Origin: Tubulanus polymorphus
Lineage: Eukaryota; Animalia; Nemertea
Direction: 5' to 3'
DNA: 64,000 nucleotides
NCBI RefSeq assembly: GCF_964204645.1
Contig: NC_134029.1
Span: 4,092,001-4,156,000 of the forward strand
Under the pieces are notes generated by a model that made no database searches, was not told the DNA's origin, and was given only the letters and a program-made list of their open reading frames with translations. Made by a program: the position numbers and the translations under genes. Each line of letters opens with the position of its first letter. Positions within the stretch are counted from its first letter, which is position 1. Shown here in pieces: positions 11,782 to 25,800 of this stretch.

Positions 11782-13848
11782 ATGCATATATTTTCATTCA
11801 TCTAATGTACATTAGTGAAAATACTGATTGAACCGCGGTAGTCCAATTTCGGACATTAACATGTACAATTGTACCTGCATTTTCAAAGAGGCCACCATTC
11901 GTTACTGAGTAAAGATGCATCCTATTGTAACACATTTGAATGGCTCAATGTTTGTTATCGTAAATAAATGAATAATTACTAAGATAGTAATAGAAAAAGC
12001 GCCACAAAATATGATTTCATGCGATAGAATATGTTGAAATGAAACCACGACGTTTTAATCGTTTGCTGTTGTATTCGTCATTAGAGACGGTATTTTTTTC
12101 ACCATTCTTTGATCATAACATGTCACTTTTTTGTTATTCAGACATCATCCTGTGTATGCACTCCTGGTCTCGTTGTATTTCCGTTCATTTTCAAACAGAA
12201 AATAATTAATTGAAAGAAAAAATAGTGTCCTTTCTGTTTATCAGACGCAAAGCAAATACATGTTGCTAAAATGTGGTTGTTTCCATAATCTGTTCATCAA
12301 TAGGTAACACGAACTTAAATGAACATTATGAGCTAGCGTGAGAAGCGCTAGTGTTGAATAAACAGTAAATTGACGATTGTCTTATTTGCGGAAGAGACGT
12401 GCGATATGGGAAATTGCTTTGATACGCAGACTATACCCGCGGGAACAAGTGGTTGATATTCTAATCGAAAATACTCAGATCGAAACATGTCCCAGACTTT
12501 TGGCTGCTATACACGAGCCTTTTTTATATTTTTGACCCTAACGCTAAACAAGATAGCCTACATCTCACATGAAAATAATTATTTATGGTGGGAATATTCT
12601 TATAGCTGCTCATTTCCTCTGCGGCAATGATTGCACGAAATACATAACAGATTGATTCGAAATCCATGTTAACGGTTTCCAATTTGTGCAGATGTTTGCA
12701 TAAAATGTGTGAATATATTCGTGGTATGGAAAATGTTGTAAAATAAAATATCGTTTCAACGAAAAAAAATAAAATATTCATTTGTGTGTGGCTATCTTTC
12801 TGTCGCAGCAGTTTTTATCCATGAATTTCCGATATCAAAAATTACTCCATATCGATGACTTTCGCCAGGATTTCGTACGCTACATCTTTCGGGTTCATTT
12901 TCCGAAAGCTAATTCTGTCGTGATTGTTCATCCGACCGAACCACGCTTCGGACAATTCTGATAAAAATGCACTACCTTATGTACCCGTTTGTATGCATTT
13001 GAATGAGGTTTTCTCGTGATCCGTTTAGATTACTGTAGTTGTGAATCACATACACTTAGTTAGTTCCACACTTAAGTTCCGTACTCACGTCGTACTACAA
13101 TTAATTTGTGCTATCTAAAAAACTATATATAAGAATTATAGAAGAAAGCCGCTTATGGCTTGGAGTCCTTGTGGTAGAAATTAAAGATATTTCCGTATAT
13201 CGTATTATCTCTTCATACCCGCCAGGTTTATAACGATAAACAAGACAAGATTAGCTTCATCGGTATTTGCTCATGTTTGCAAACATCAGCCTAACGATTT
13301 CATTTGAAATGTTGAAACACACGATTTTCGCAATCCAAAAAAAAAGAACTCGTATTTTCATACAGATATTTTTATTGACAGGTAGAATGTTGCGTATATA
13401 GCCACGAATAAAAGCATTTGGAGCATAGGATAGCCATAAACACAGACGAAACTTAACCACAGTGTATTATGGACTGAAAATACCATTTTCTAAATAGATC
13501 GTTAAATGAATTTACTTACAGTAATTGCAGTTATTTCAACTCACAAAAATGAACAAAACATTCGTTCATGAAAACTCTGACGCTGCCAGGAAATTAACCA
13601 CCCTTGATTTTTGTGTGTACTGCTTAAACGGGTCTATACGTACGCTGGCGTTATATATTGATTACAGAAATGTCCTTGCATTTGTGAAGCTTTAATCTAA
13701 TGGATATCTATGCAGGAATTGCTCATTGATTATTAAAACCGATAGATACCGGAATGTCATAGCATTAATTGAAATGGTGACCAAAATTGCGACCACGCAA
13801 ATATTTTGAGTAATAGATATGTGATAAATGTACTGTGTACGATAGTTT

Positions 13849-16800
13849 CTAAGGTTTGCTACTGGCCAGACAAGACTTCGGTTTGCACACCTTATTCGGG
13901 CCAAATATATCTTCTTTCTTACCGCACGTATCCGGCCTACCGCATTGATGGCACTGGTTCGGATTATCGACCCCGCATTGACAGCCGTGGTTCAGACAGC
14001 AAGCGCAGTCATTACGGCTAGGGTCGTGGTCGCATTCGCACCCAGTAAATGAACGTGTCCAAGGGTCTTTTTGTAGGAACTTCGGTTTGATGTTCACTGG
14101 AAAATTGGAATCAAAATAGAATCAGATTACATTTAACAACCGACTACGTAAAACATTATCCAGTGTTTTGACGAAGAGTAAAATAGCAACGCAAACAATT
14201 CAATCTGTATGAATCATGTGAATACTAATTGAAATGAATGTATTTAGGATGTTTTTGATTTAAAAACTGTGTTAGTCTAGAAATTACGTTTTCCGCAGTT
14301 GCTAGCGTAACCACATTGGACGCATTGGTGTTTGAAGGTTTTCTGACATTGACAGCCACCAGATTCGCAGCACGCGCAGTCTTTTGACTTTCTGTCAAAA
14401 TAACATCGACAACCAGACGGTTTTTTCGTCCACGCGTCCTTCAATATGCCTAAAAGTGTGACAACAACAACAACAACAATGAAGCCACTTATAAATGACG
14501 TGTTGCGGACGAAGCCTTAATCTAACGCTAATTGGATAACAATTATGGAAGTCCAACGTGAATGGAAGTATCACATGTTAAACATAATTAACCGTTATAC
14601 TACTTACCCTTGATATAAACAGGATCGTTTGGTTCTGAAATGACAAACAGATTTTTTTCAGATTCTAAACGAAATCTACTCAGAAATTCCTCTATTTGCA
14701 CTCATGCGTTCGTTCGATTGCAATCTCATTGCTATCTAGTAATGAAACCGGGACATACATATTTTCGAAAACTATATTTCTGATTTGAAACATCAAAATA
14801 CATTCTTCAGAGAGGCTAATCAAAAATATCATTTTCAAGAAGATTTTATCATTTAAGAATAATTGACTGTAGAACAAGTCCACGAATGAGTTCACAATTT
14901 CATATGCGAAAATATTGCTCATACGTTTTGAGCATGCTTTATGACAAAAACTACGTTTACCTCTGAAACCGTAAAGTTCAATACGCAATCCTACTCTATT
15001 GTTTTCTTTGAGCACGGCTATCTTAATGAATCGGGTTTCGACCGGTTTTCCATAGTATTTATGGAGGCAAGTAATCTTCCACTTATTTCTCTGGTCATTT
15101 CCTTTGAATTTCTAATGAATGGAAGGAAGATGATGGTCAGCTTAATATTAGTTATGCTTGGCGGACGACATTTCCTGAAGACCACCACACTTCGGTGCAT
15201 TCACCATTCAATACTACCTTGTCTTTGCCGGATTTCTTGTCTTTTAATGCGGTCCACGTTTTCCCATCATCGCTGATGAAGATCTTATATCTAACAACCC
15301 AATAATCTTTCACCGAATGGCCAACCGTACCTACGCCATGTATGGCGATTGTCTTTCCAAGGTCGACCTTGAAAAAGGAAGCGATAAAGCTTTTTATGTT
15401 ATAAATGTCAAATGACTAATCAATAGACACTTTACAATGTCTTTATTTTGAATATGATAAACCCTATAAAATATTCAAAGGATATTTCATAAACAAACCT
15501 TTATCCACTTCTGTGTATCTGTCGATTTCGGAATCCATCCCGATCCACTTAGAGGTCGAGCTTTGTTTGCCTCATTACCTTCAGTTTCAGAGGAAGCAGT
15601 AATTGCGTTATCCTCAATGATTCCCGATTCTATACCAAGTGGAGATGGTTTTGGTGCTGGTAATACGTAAGGCTTCGCGATGAAATATCTATTATTATCA
15701 TCGTCAACTTAAGAAATGAAAGAATAATAAAATGAAAATAAGATAAAAACCCACTATCTGCAGATTAAAAGAATTTAAAAACAAGAATTTATTTATTCAA
15801 TCTTAAATATATAGAATACACGACGTTTCGATCTCACCCAAGAGATAAAAAAATTAAATAAAATTAAATTCAGTATTTAGGTATGATGTGTGTTAATAAG
15901 TTAGATAGACTTACTTGGAATGACAGCCGGGGGACCGGTCGGTTTTGCAGGTTCTGTGGGTTTTGTAGGTTCAGGACCAATTGTAGTTTCCTCTTGTCCA
16001 AAGGGTGTAGATTTCGGATTGGGTCCTTCCGAAACTGTAGGGGTTTCTTCTGAAGCAGGGGATGTTTCTCCTGGCCTAGTGGTAGGTTCTGTAGCACCTG
16101 CTGAGGTTTCTCCTGGCCCAGTGGTAGGTTCTGTAGCACCTGCTGATGTTTCTCCTGGCCCAGTGGTAGGTTCTGTAACACCTGCTGATGTTTCTCCTGG
16201 CCCAGTGGTAGGTTCTGTAACACCTGCTGATGTTTCTCCTGGCCCAGTGGTAGGCTCTGTAGCACCTGCTGAGGTTTCTCCTGGCCCAGTGGTAGGTTCT
16301 GTAGCACCCGCTGATGTTTCTCCTGGCCCAGTGGTAGGTTCTGTAGCACCTGCTGAGGTTTCGCCTGGCCCAGTGGTAGGTTCTGTAGCACCTGCTGATG
16401 TTTCTCCTGGCCCAGTGGTAGGTTCTGTAACACCTGCTGATGTTTCTCCTGGCCCAGTGGTAGGTTCTGTAACACCTGCTGAGGTTTCTCCTGGTCCAGT
16501 GGTAGGTTCTGTAGCACCTGCTGAGGTTTCTCCTGGCCCAGTGGTAGGTTCTGTAACACCTGCTGAGGTTTCTCCTGGCCCAGTGGTAGGTTCTGTAACA
16601 CCTGCTGATGTTTCTCCTGGCCCAGTGGTAGGTTCTGTAGGAGCTGCCGAGGTTTCTTCAGGTCCAGTTGTAGGTTCTGTTGGACCCGGAGTCTCCTCCG
16701 GAACTGTTGGGTTTTCTGCGGTGCCTTTGCTAGGTTGAGTTGTTGCCTGCGGCTCTTGCGTTGTTAATATTGGAGAAGCTGGTACTGGATCGGGTTCCTC

Positions 16801-19800
16801 AGTGGTCGTGGTCATAGCAGGAGGAGATGCAACTGTCGTTACAGGTTCTGTAACAGGATAGACATCATAAAAGCTAGCTTTTAGTAATAGTGTCCATCAA
16901 TATAAGAACAATACGAACATGGCAGATAGAATCATTCAAGAAAGTAATAACTGTCAATCTTCAAAAGGAAAATGCAAGTGCAACTAATGATCCTTGTGTA
17001 ACTTATCTACATCAAATTGATGATAACATCTTATTGCAATAGGAAGATTTTACCTTGACATCCAGTGACGTCGTTGTATTTGATTTTTTTTCTCTTACAT
17101 GAGCAAATCGCCTTATCTTTAGTAACAGTACATTTTGCATTAGTCAAACATCGTTTAAGCTCACACGGGTCTTTTCCTGGAAGTACAAAGCGGAAGTCTG
17201 CCTTTTAAGTTGAAAGTGAATGGAAGCCTTACCACGGCAAGCATAAAATGCGGTCAATATAAGCAGAATATCCGACAGATTTCTATGAAAAACATAAATG
17301 TTTGTAAGACCTCATCAGAATTATCTCAAACAATCAGTGATAGGGAGAGAAAGACAACGTACGCGCTTCACATTTCTTTCTGCCATCTCCTTTAAATCCT
17401 GCTTTACAAGAACATTTAGGAGCCCCATTTTTCAATTTGCATTTTGCGTTTGGATGACAGCCGCCAAGCACTTTAGATTTAAACACGGGTCCTTTAGCAG
17501 TTTTCTCGCATTTTTCCTTCTTCTTGCAATCTTTACTAAACCGAACTTTACCGATCTGAAAAAATAATATTTCAATATCGAGATAAATTCGAAATTCATG
17601 TCCACATCATTTTCGTTCGATATTACGATTTTCTCCTTACTCCAAATCGGTTGCCGTCATCGTCTACACAGCTGTCTTTGTCACAGTCGGACAGTTTGAT
17701 ACATCTGTTGTCACTCCAGACACCGTTGCAGAAACATCCTTCTTTATCGTGTCGAGCACAGTTTTCCTGCGGTTCGGGATCCTGACACGTAGATCGGCAC
17801 CCGTGCACGCGAGGTTTGTAAGTCGTTCCTTTCGGACACTTGTACGCTAATAACAAAATTTTAATACACGAAAATTGAAGACGACAAATTGACCTCTATT
17901 TACGTAAAGATTAAGGCACGCGTAGATACGTACGACAGAGTTTTTTCGTTCTCCATTCGGGATAGAACCCGATTTCATTGCAAGCCGCCGCCGTACTGGC
18001 TAACGCAGCACAGATCTGTTCTTTCTTGGCTTTATTGTCGTCCGCAAACGCGCAGACATCGTATTTACAATCGTGAAGGAGATCGGCGATAACATTCTTT
18101 GCCAATCGTCCACTTGCAATGCATTCTCCGAATGGCCCCTTCGGGTTTATGATCTGTCCACAATGGTCGTTTTGCAGCACAGTTTTCTCCATCTTGGCCG
18201 AACATTTTATATCTGGATCTTCTGCTTTACAGCTGAAATTATCGGTTGGATTAGACAACTGAATGTTCGATCAAAAACATTGTCATATACCATGAATTTC
18301 AACATTCCGAGATGTTCATTACTTGGTACTTGGTTTATCTGAATCGTCGACTACGGTAAAACTATTTCCAAGTTTTGAGTTTCGGCTTTTCTCGGAACGG
18401 ACATCTTGACCATCCTTCGTGACGTAATCATTCTTTTTAATTCCATCGCAGGAGCCACAAATACCTGATGTACGTAATTCGAAAATGCTTAGAACTGATC
18501 TTTACGTGACGATGAAACTTCTTGGCATTAAAAATGTTTTCCGAAATTCATACCTGTCATTTGGTTTTTGTATGTCGGTGGTACTTCGAAAATTCCGTGA
18601 GATTTGCCGTCAAAACTCACCCGAATTCCACAAGCTTCCGACTCAACCAACATGAATTTACCATCCATATCAACTGTTACTCCAGCGATCTGGTAATAAG
18701 GCAATTCCACCCGTACACCGTCGACCTAAGTTCACGAACAATAATCTCGTTTAGATCATCAACCATATGGATTGGCAGTTGCTTCCATATTTACCACATG
18801 CCTCAATTTCATTGCAAGAAACCAAAAGCTTTTACGAATCTACTCACAAATACTTTGCCACCAAACATAAGCCTGAATCGATGACCTCGGAAGTCAAAAT
18901 CTACCAGTCGTAAGAATGAGACCTTCTTTTTCTTTTTGCCATTTCGTCGTTCTTGTTTTCCTTCGATATTGAAAGCACACGGGTCTTTTTTGGTTGTAGA
19001 TCGAGACAACGTGTACTTGCAAACACCCATGAAATCTATTTTCTGTTTGTCGTAAGTCTTGTAATGTGTATCGCCGCGACCCTGACAGACACATGCCGCT
19101 AAAAGTAAAGCAAAATCATCTTATCATTCGCTATGTCGTGTCATATTAAAGTTTCAGTCCTCACTCTTTCACTTACGTGCGCATCCCTCTTTTCCATCTC
19201 CAAAGAATCCCTGCTTGCATTTGCATACACCATCAACGCATTTGGAATTAGCGGCACAATCGGCATGCGTATCACAATCTATATCAAAATGAACAATTTT
19301 TAATGAAGGGTTTTGGGCCCTCTCTAATATAGTTGATGAATGGAAAACAACCATCCGAATTGGCAAAACTTACCTCCTTGGCGACATACTCGACAAGTGT
19401 ATCCACACACCGCTTGGATGTCGGCTTTATTGCAATTCCCTTTTCTTTTCTGTTTTCTACAAAATCCTTTCTTTTCCTCGTCAAAGCATCCTGCAATGCG
19501 ATTAACATATGCATATGATGTAAAACCTTTTAGTCGATGTTTGAAACAAGCAAGAATCTTTAATCATTATTTCGAGTCGAGGAGACGTACCGTCACAGGC
19601 GTTGCAGGTTTTGCGGCAACGTCTAGCATATATCTGTTTGTTACACAGTCTTTTTCTCTTAACTCGACGGCAATATTTGGATTTCTTCCTATCTTTACAA
19701 TCTGTATAATCGTAAATATTTCTGTAGTTATTACAAATTCTTACCGAAGTCATAATCTCAGTATTCTTACGCCGGGACGAGGCGGGCCTTATTAACAGTA

Positions 19801-22800
19801 GCAAGGCCTATACCTATGCCTGCCTTTACACCCTGCAACGTTCTATAGAGACTTTATATAGGAGATCATCTCGCCCGAAGAAAAAATCAAGAATACAGCA
19901 ACTCTCAGGCCCTCGATCTCTGCCAATGGATTGCTTTCTTCCTGAGTATAGCCGCTATAAATACCGGTTGAAAAACTGGGAGCTGATTTAAAAAAAGCTA
20001 ACGTCAGTATGATGCTTACCAGTACATGTATTTCCATCGCCAGTAAACCCACTTTTACAGATACACTTTCTGCGTCCACGTTTCAGCGCACATTTAGCAT
20101 TAGCGTGACACCCTTTTGTAGTTTCTTTAGAAATTGTCGGAGTTCCTACCGGGTTGATACAAGTGTACTTCTTCTTGCAATCTTTCGACATCCAGAAGGC
20201 GTTGACCTAAAGACGTTAATGAGACGATTCTCAAAATTCAAAATGTCTTATTGCTTTCGTAAAAGCATGAATACGTGAAAAATCTCACAATAAATCCTGA
20301 AGAAAATTTCTGTTGTATGTAATCATTCATATTGAGCAACGTTTTAACTTCATTCATCGGGCATACTGTTACTGTATACAGTATGCCCGATGATGGCAAT
20401 TAGAATGAAGCTCAAAAAGCGTTGCTTAATATATTCACTTACAACAGAATTATCGTCATTTTTTCTGTGAGATTTTTCACGTATTCTTCTTACACGGGAA
20501 ATTGTGTATCATCGTCTAATTGTTTGTTGCAACGTCCTTTTCAGAATGCCCCCATTCAGATGCTCTTTCCACATTTACCTGTCTGTAACGATCTTTTTCG
20601 TCAATGCATCCGCATTTACTGGTCGGGACACATTTATCACCGCTGAGGATGAATCCACTATTACACTCGCATCCTTCGCGCTCCCCCTCCGCACAGTTAT
20701 CAGGAGCGTCTGGATCCGCACAAGATGCCGGACAAGCTGTCATTCTCGCCTCGTAATGAGAATTCGGTGAACATTTGATCGCTGTAAATCATAGACGACA
20801 GTTAGAAATAAGCAAAAATGAACAAATATTTTTGAATATGCAAAAATCACATTCTGTCATCTCACTTTGGACCGGGACACATCGGTGTTTAGGGAAACTC
20901 ACCGCAGAATTTCTCCGTTCTGAAGTCAGTATCAATGTTGGCGTTAGACAAACACACATCGGATAAACTGCTCAACATGTTGCACAGGTAAACCTCTTTA
21001 CGGGCATCGTCTCGAACAAACGCGCACATGTCATAAACACAACTTTCGAATATTTCATCTACGGACACTTTTCCGGAAGCCACGCAAGCCCCAAATGGTC
21101 CGTTCTTATCTTTCAGCATGCCGCAGTGCTTTTTGCTTTTAATTAGCTCCTTTTCGGCGGCCGAACATTCAGGTGCACTTACTGGCGTGACACACCTAGA
21201 AAAATGATACATATTTCAAAACGGCACTTTTTTGATAATCAATACGTATACACTGCCGCAGAAAGTTCCATCGGACTATTTGAATAGGTTTTTACGTATC
21301 ATTCTCGTGAACTCACTTTTTAGTTGGTTTATCTGAATCATCCTTAACGCTGTAACTATCACCGACTAATGAATATCTATTCTTATTTTGGCTGACGTCC
21401 TTTCCGGCTTTGGTTCTATAATCGTTCGGTTTGCCATCACAATCACCACAAATACCTGATTAATCAATAGATATAGATAAACGAAAAACAAGAGGCATGG
21501 AGAGAGGTATGGGTGTAGTCATTTTTGCAACAAGACTGTTTGCGTTTTTCTGGAATATAGGTTTCAGGTGCTAGCTGCGATCACACGGAGACGATTTGGC
21601 CCGGACCAGACCCAAGTTAAATTTGGTCAGCGCTTCATTAGAGAGCATGACCACACTTAACCACTTATCCATTACTAAAAAGCGATGAAAGCGATGCTGT
21701 GGCAAGTCAGGTGAATCACTTACATTTACAAGGGGTGATTTTAACGAACTGTATTTGCCTTACCTGTTAGTTTACCCGCGAACTGTCTTGGAACATCGAC
21801 ACTGACAGCGTGTACACCGTCGTATGAAACTCGTATTCCGCAATCTTCAACTTCCATCAGAACGTAATTTCCCGCTTTCGTAACAGCTAAATTCGCAATG
21901 TCCGTTACCGGTAAATTCCTCGATTCTCCATTCACCTTCAGACAAGATATTTTCAAAAAAATGTTAAAAATCTGATATGATAGCTCTTCATCATATAAGC
22001 AGAATGCAGAGCTTAACTAAGTTGATTTCTACGCATTAACAAAATGTTGAATGGAGATTCATCTGCTAAATAAAGAAATCTAAAACCGTAATATGAAAAA
22101 TCTCTTGTTTTTTAATTTCAATCGTTGAATTTCACTCACATAAACATCTCCGCCTTTAATGACTCGAATGACGTTCCCGGCGAACTTGAAATCGACCATT
22201 CTGATGAATGAAACCCGTTTATTTTTTCCTCTCCTCTCCAGCTTCACTTCGACGTCAAACGTGCACGGGTCGTTGTCAGGTGTTTGAAATTTGGCTAGCG
22301 TGTATTTGCAGATACCCTGATAGTGAAGTATTTGACCATCAAATGTTCTAAAGTGAGGATCGCCTCTTGCTTGGCATTGACACGATTCTAGATAGTATCA
22401 ATAAGAAATTAAGCGTTATTAAGTGGTCACTTAAGATGATAAACAGTAATGGTGTAAAGTATTTAAGTTACTTTGCCATTAAATAAGAAAGTGTCCAATC
22501 AAAATAAATAATCATTTTTGTTTTATTTCCAGACAAACATGGGAATGCATATATTTTCAAAATGGCTTCTTGGCCTTTATGTAGATGAAGGTAATCTAAA
22601 GCTGTTACTGATCTACCTACCGATTTACCACGAGAGTCAATGATAGTAAAATAGGTTGAGGACATCATCTGGCGTTCGTGGTGTAAAGGTTAGCATCGTT
22701 GCCTTCCAAGCAATGGATCCGGGTTCGATTCCCGGCGAACGCACAAGTTACTTTTGGTTTTTTTAAGATTTCAATTAATGTATATAAATCACATCTTACT

Positions 22801-25800
22801 TGAACAGGATTTGATTCCGTCACCACCGAATCCACGCTTGCATTTACACTCTCCACGTGAGCAGACAGCATTCTTTGCGCAGTCCGAGTTTCGATTGCAA
22901 CCTTTTGAGAAAAAGAAATTGTTTTTTGTTCTTTATAAAACAAATTTATTCGCAATTCAGTATCATACGTTGTAAAGAAGGATGTAGTACATGTATAGAA
23001 CGACTATAAGAGAAGCGTCAATTAAGAGAGATTCTTCAAGTAACTGTAGCTTAGAATATTTAGAAATATAGGATATATTTCTAGATATCACGACAGTGTT
23101 GAGATATTCACCAGTACGACATCCGCGACATGTATATCCGCATTTGTCTTTGTTTGCCGCGCACTGACCACGTTTGCGGATTTTACGACAATGGCTCGTT
23201 CCTAACTGATCCGAACAATCTGAAAATGGAAACAATAGGAATTAGATATGAAAGCCGTTTTTTCTATCGCCTTTTCGAAAGATGATCGACAGCACGTACC
23301 GTCACAAGCCCCGCATGTATTGCGGCAGAGCTTACGAATGTTTTTACGCTTGCAAGCGCCTTGACGTTTCCTTTTTTGACAAACGGCAGATTTGGACTTA
23401 TCTTTGCACTTTCCTTTCGGTCCTATTACGACAATCAAAATATTACACTAGTAAGATTTCAACTACCCGTTTAGCATCGTACAATCTTGGAGTGATTACT
23501 CCAAGGTACAATCGACAAATGGAACGTACGGCATTCATTGAATCCGCTTAAGACGAACGCCTTTTTACACACGCAAGCCGGTTTTCCGTCTCTATCGATG
23601 CCGCATTGGGCATTTTTATTGCAACCTTTGAACTTCGTTTCGACGATGGATGGAACTTTCTTGTCGCCTTTAGATTTACAGTGGAACTGTTTCGTGCAAT
23701 CGTCGTTCAGCCAGCGAGAATTTTTCTACAAACGAAATGGATTGAAAAGAAAAATAAGGAAGTATTGATTTTCAAATCTACTCCGACATCATTTCTATAT
23801 GTTTTGCGAGCTATAAGTTATTTTGAAAATTTTAAACCTCTGAATTTATATTGATACATTAGAATTAAGTGAAGCGAATTGCAACCTCGTGGTATTTCTC
23901 ATCTTCATCCAGACATCCACAGTCTCTAGCGCGGATACACTTCCCAGCTTTATTCAAGACGAAGCCGTTTTTGCATCTGCATCCCTCTGATGCTGGTTTT
24001 TCGCAGTATTCTGATGCATCTGGATCTTCACAAGTGTTCGGACAAGCCGACGCTTTATAATCGTAGACAGAGTTTTGATCGTTGCATGGATACGCTGAAA
24101 AATAAGGTATATTGAGTAAAATGTGATATGAAAATTGATCTAGATTTGAATCATTTGATATATGTTATGGAATTTTGATATATGTTATGGAATTTTGATA
24201 TATGTTGTGGAATTTTGATGACATGGCGTTCTAACGGTTCGTAGACTAGGATTTTCATAGAATGATCAGGGGATTAAAACAAGCTGTGCGACAATGACAA
24301 AGAGAAAATGTCTACAAAATTCAAACACATGTCCGATTCATATATCGGCGTTCGTGGTGTAAAGGTTAGCATCGTTGCCTTCCAAGCAATGGATCCGGGT
24401 TCGATTCCCGGCGAACGCACGATTTTTTGAAAAGAATTTTTCACTTCTTACGGCAGAAATTAGGACGTCTCCAGTCGATCAAAGTTGTATCATCGTTATT
24501 GTAACAAGTCTCCACTAAATTGGAGAAATGACCGCAAACGATTTCTTTCACTGCCTCGGAGTTATCACGGTAAGCGCAGACGTCCATTTTACATGCGGTG
24601 AAAAGATCTTTCTCGTTCAACTGAAACAAAAGTGATATACTCGTTAAATATACAGAATATTGATTTCAAGATCAGATGTATCTAACATACTTACGTTTTG
24701 AGTTCGAATGCAATTTTTGAACGGGCCTTTAACACGGTTGAATTGACCGCAATATTTCGTGCTTTTCACCAGATTCTCCCATTTTCCAGGGCAGCTTATA
24801 TCCACATCTTCAGCAGCCACTTCACATCTACGTTTGATACAAACCCATCGAATATTGTGTGCAACAGTTGACAGAAAGGGAAGAAGCTACGTATAGTTAC
24901 TCACTTGGTAGTTGGTCTATCCGAATCGTCCGTTACTCTGTAGCTGTTTCCGATCAGTGAGTATCTGTTCTTACTCTTAGAGACGTCTTGACCGTCTTTA
25001 GTTTTGAAGTCGTCCTTTTTGCCGTTACAGTCACCGCAAAGTCCTAATGCAAACAATGGTGTAAAACTACGTAAGCATTTTTATATGACCCAAGTTGATG
25101 ACTTATTAACACCTACGAAAACTGACCTGTCAGTTTATTTCTGTATGTTCCTGGCACGACCACTTTGATAATAGATATCCCGTTCCACATTAATCGTATT
25201 CCACATGCAGTCGACGCCAACACTACATAATTTCCACTGCGATAGATATAGGTTTTCGGGACGCCCTTATACGGCACTTCAACCTCGTTACCATTTACCT
25301 GTAGCGATAGAATAAGCAATTAAAAAAATTCTGTGATATTTCAGTCTCATTTTCAAGTGATTTATAGTTTGACCGGTAGAATGACATTTTCTCTTCTCGG
25401 TTTTAGAAGTAGATAAACAATTATTTATATGTAGAATCTTTATTCTTCAAACGTTTCGAGATCAAACTAAATCTCATCATCAGGGAAACGATAATCGTTT
25501 ATAGTTATGACTTACGTAAACTTTCTTTCTTTGATGCAGACGAATTCGGACACCCTGGAAATCGACGTCGACCAATCTGGTGAATGCAACTTTGGTTTTG
25601 CCACGTCGGTGTTCGTTCTTCACTTCGATATTGAGGGCGCAGTTGTCGTTTGCAATGAGGGTCTTCACCAACGTGTATTTACATGTGCCCATGAAGTGTA
25701 TCAATTGCTGATCGAATGTGCGATAATGAGGGTCACCGCTAGCTGAACACTGGCACGATTCTTAAAAAGAACGTAGCGCACTTAATTTCTGGGGACCCAA

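Noticed and set aside
16062-16700. CRISPR-like regular repeats
   Set aside because: No unique spacers; a coding VNTR in a eukaryotic gene.
15870-16738. Long overlapping ORFs 15870-16601 (-) and 15920-16738 (+)
   Set aside because: Alternative frames of the 42-bp repeat. Only the PTS frame has splice sites continuous with the flanking exons.
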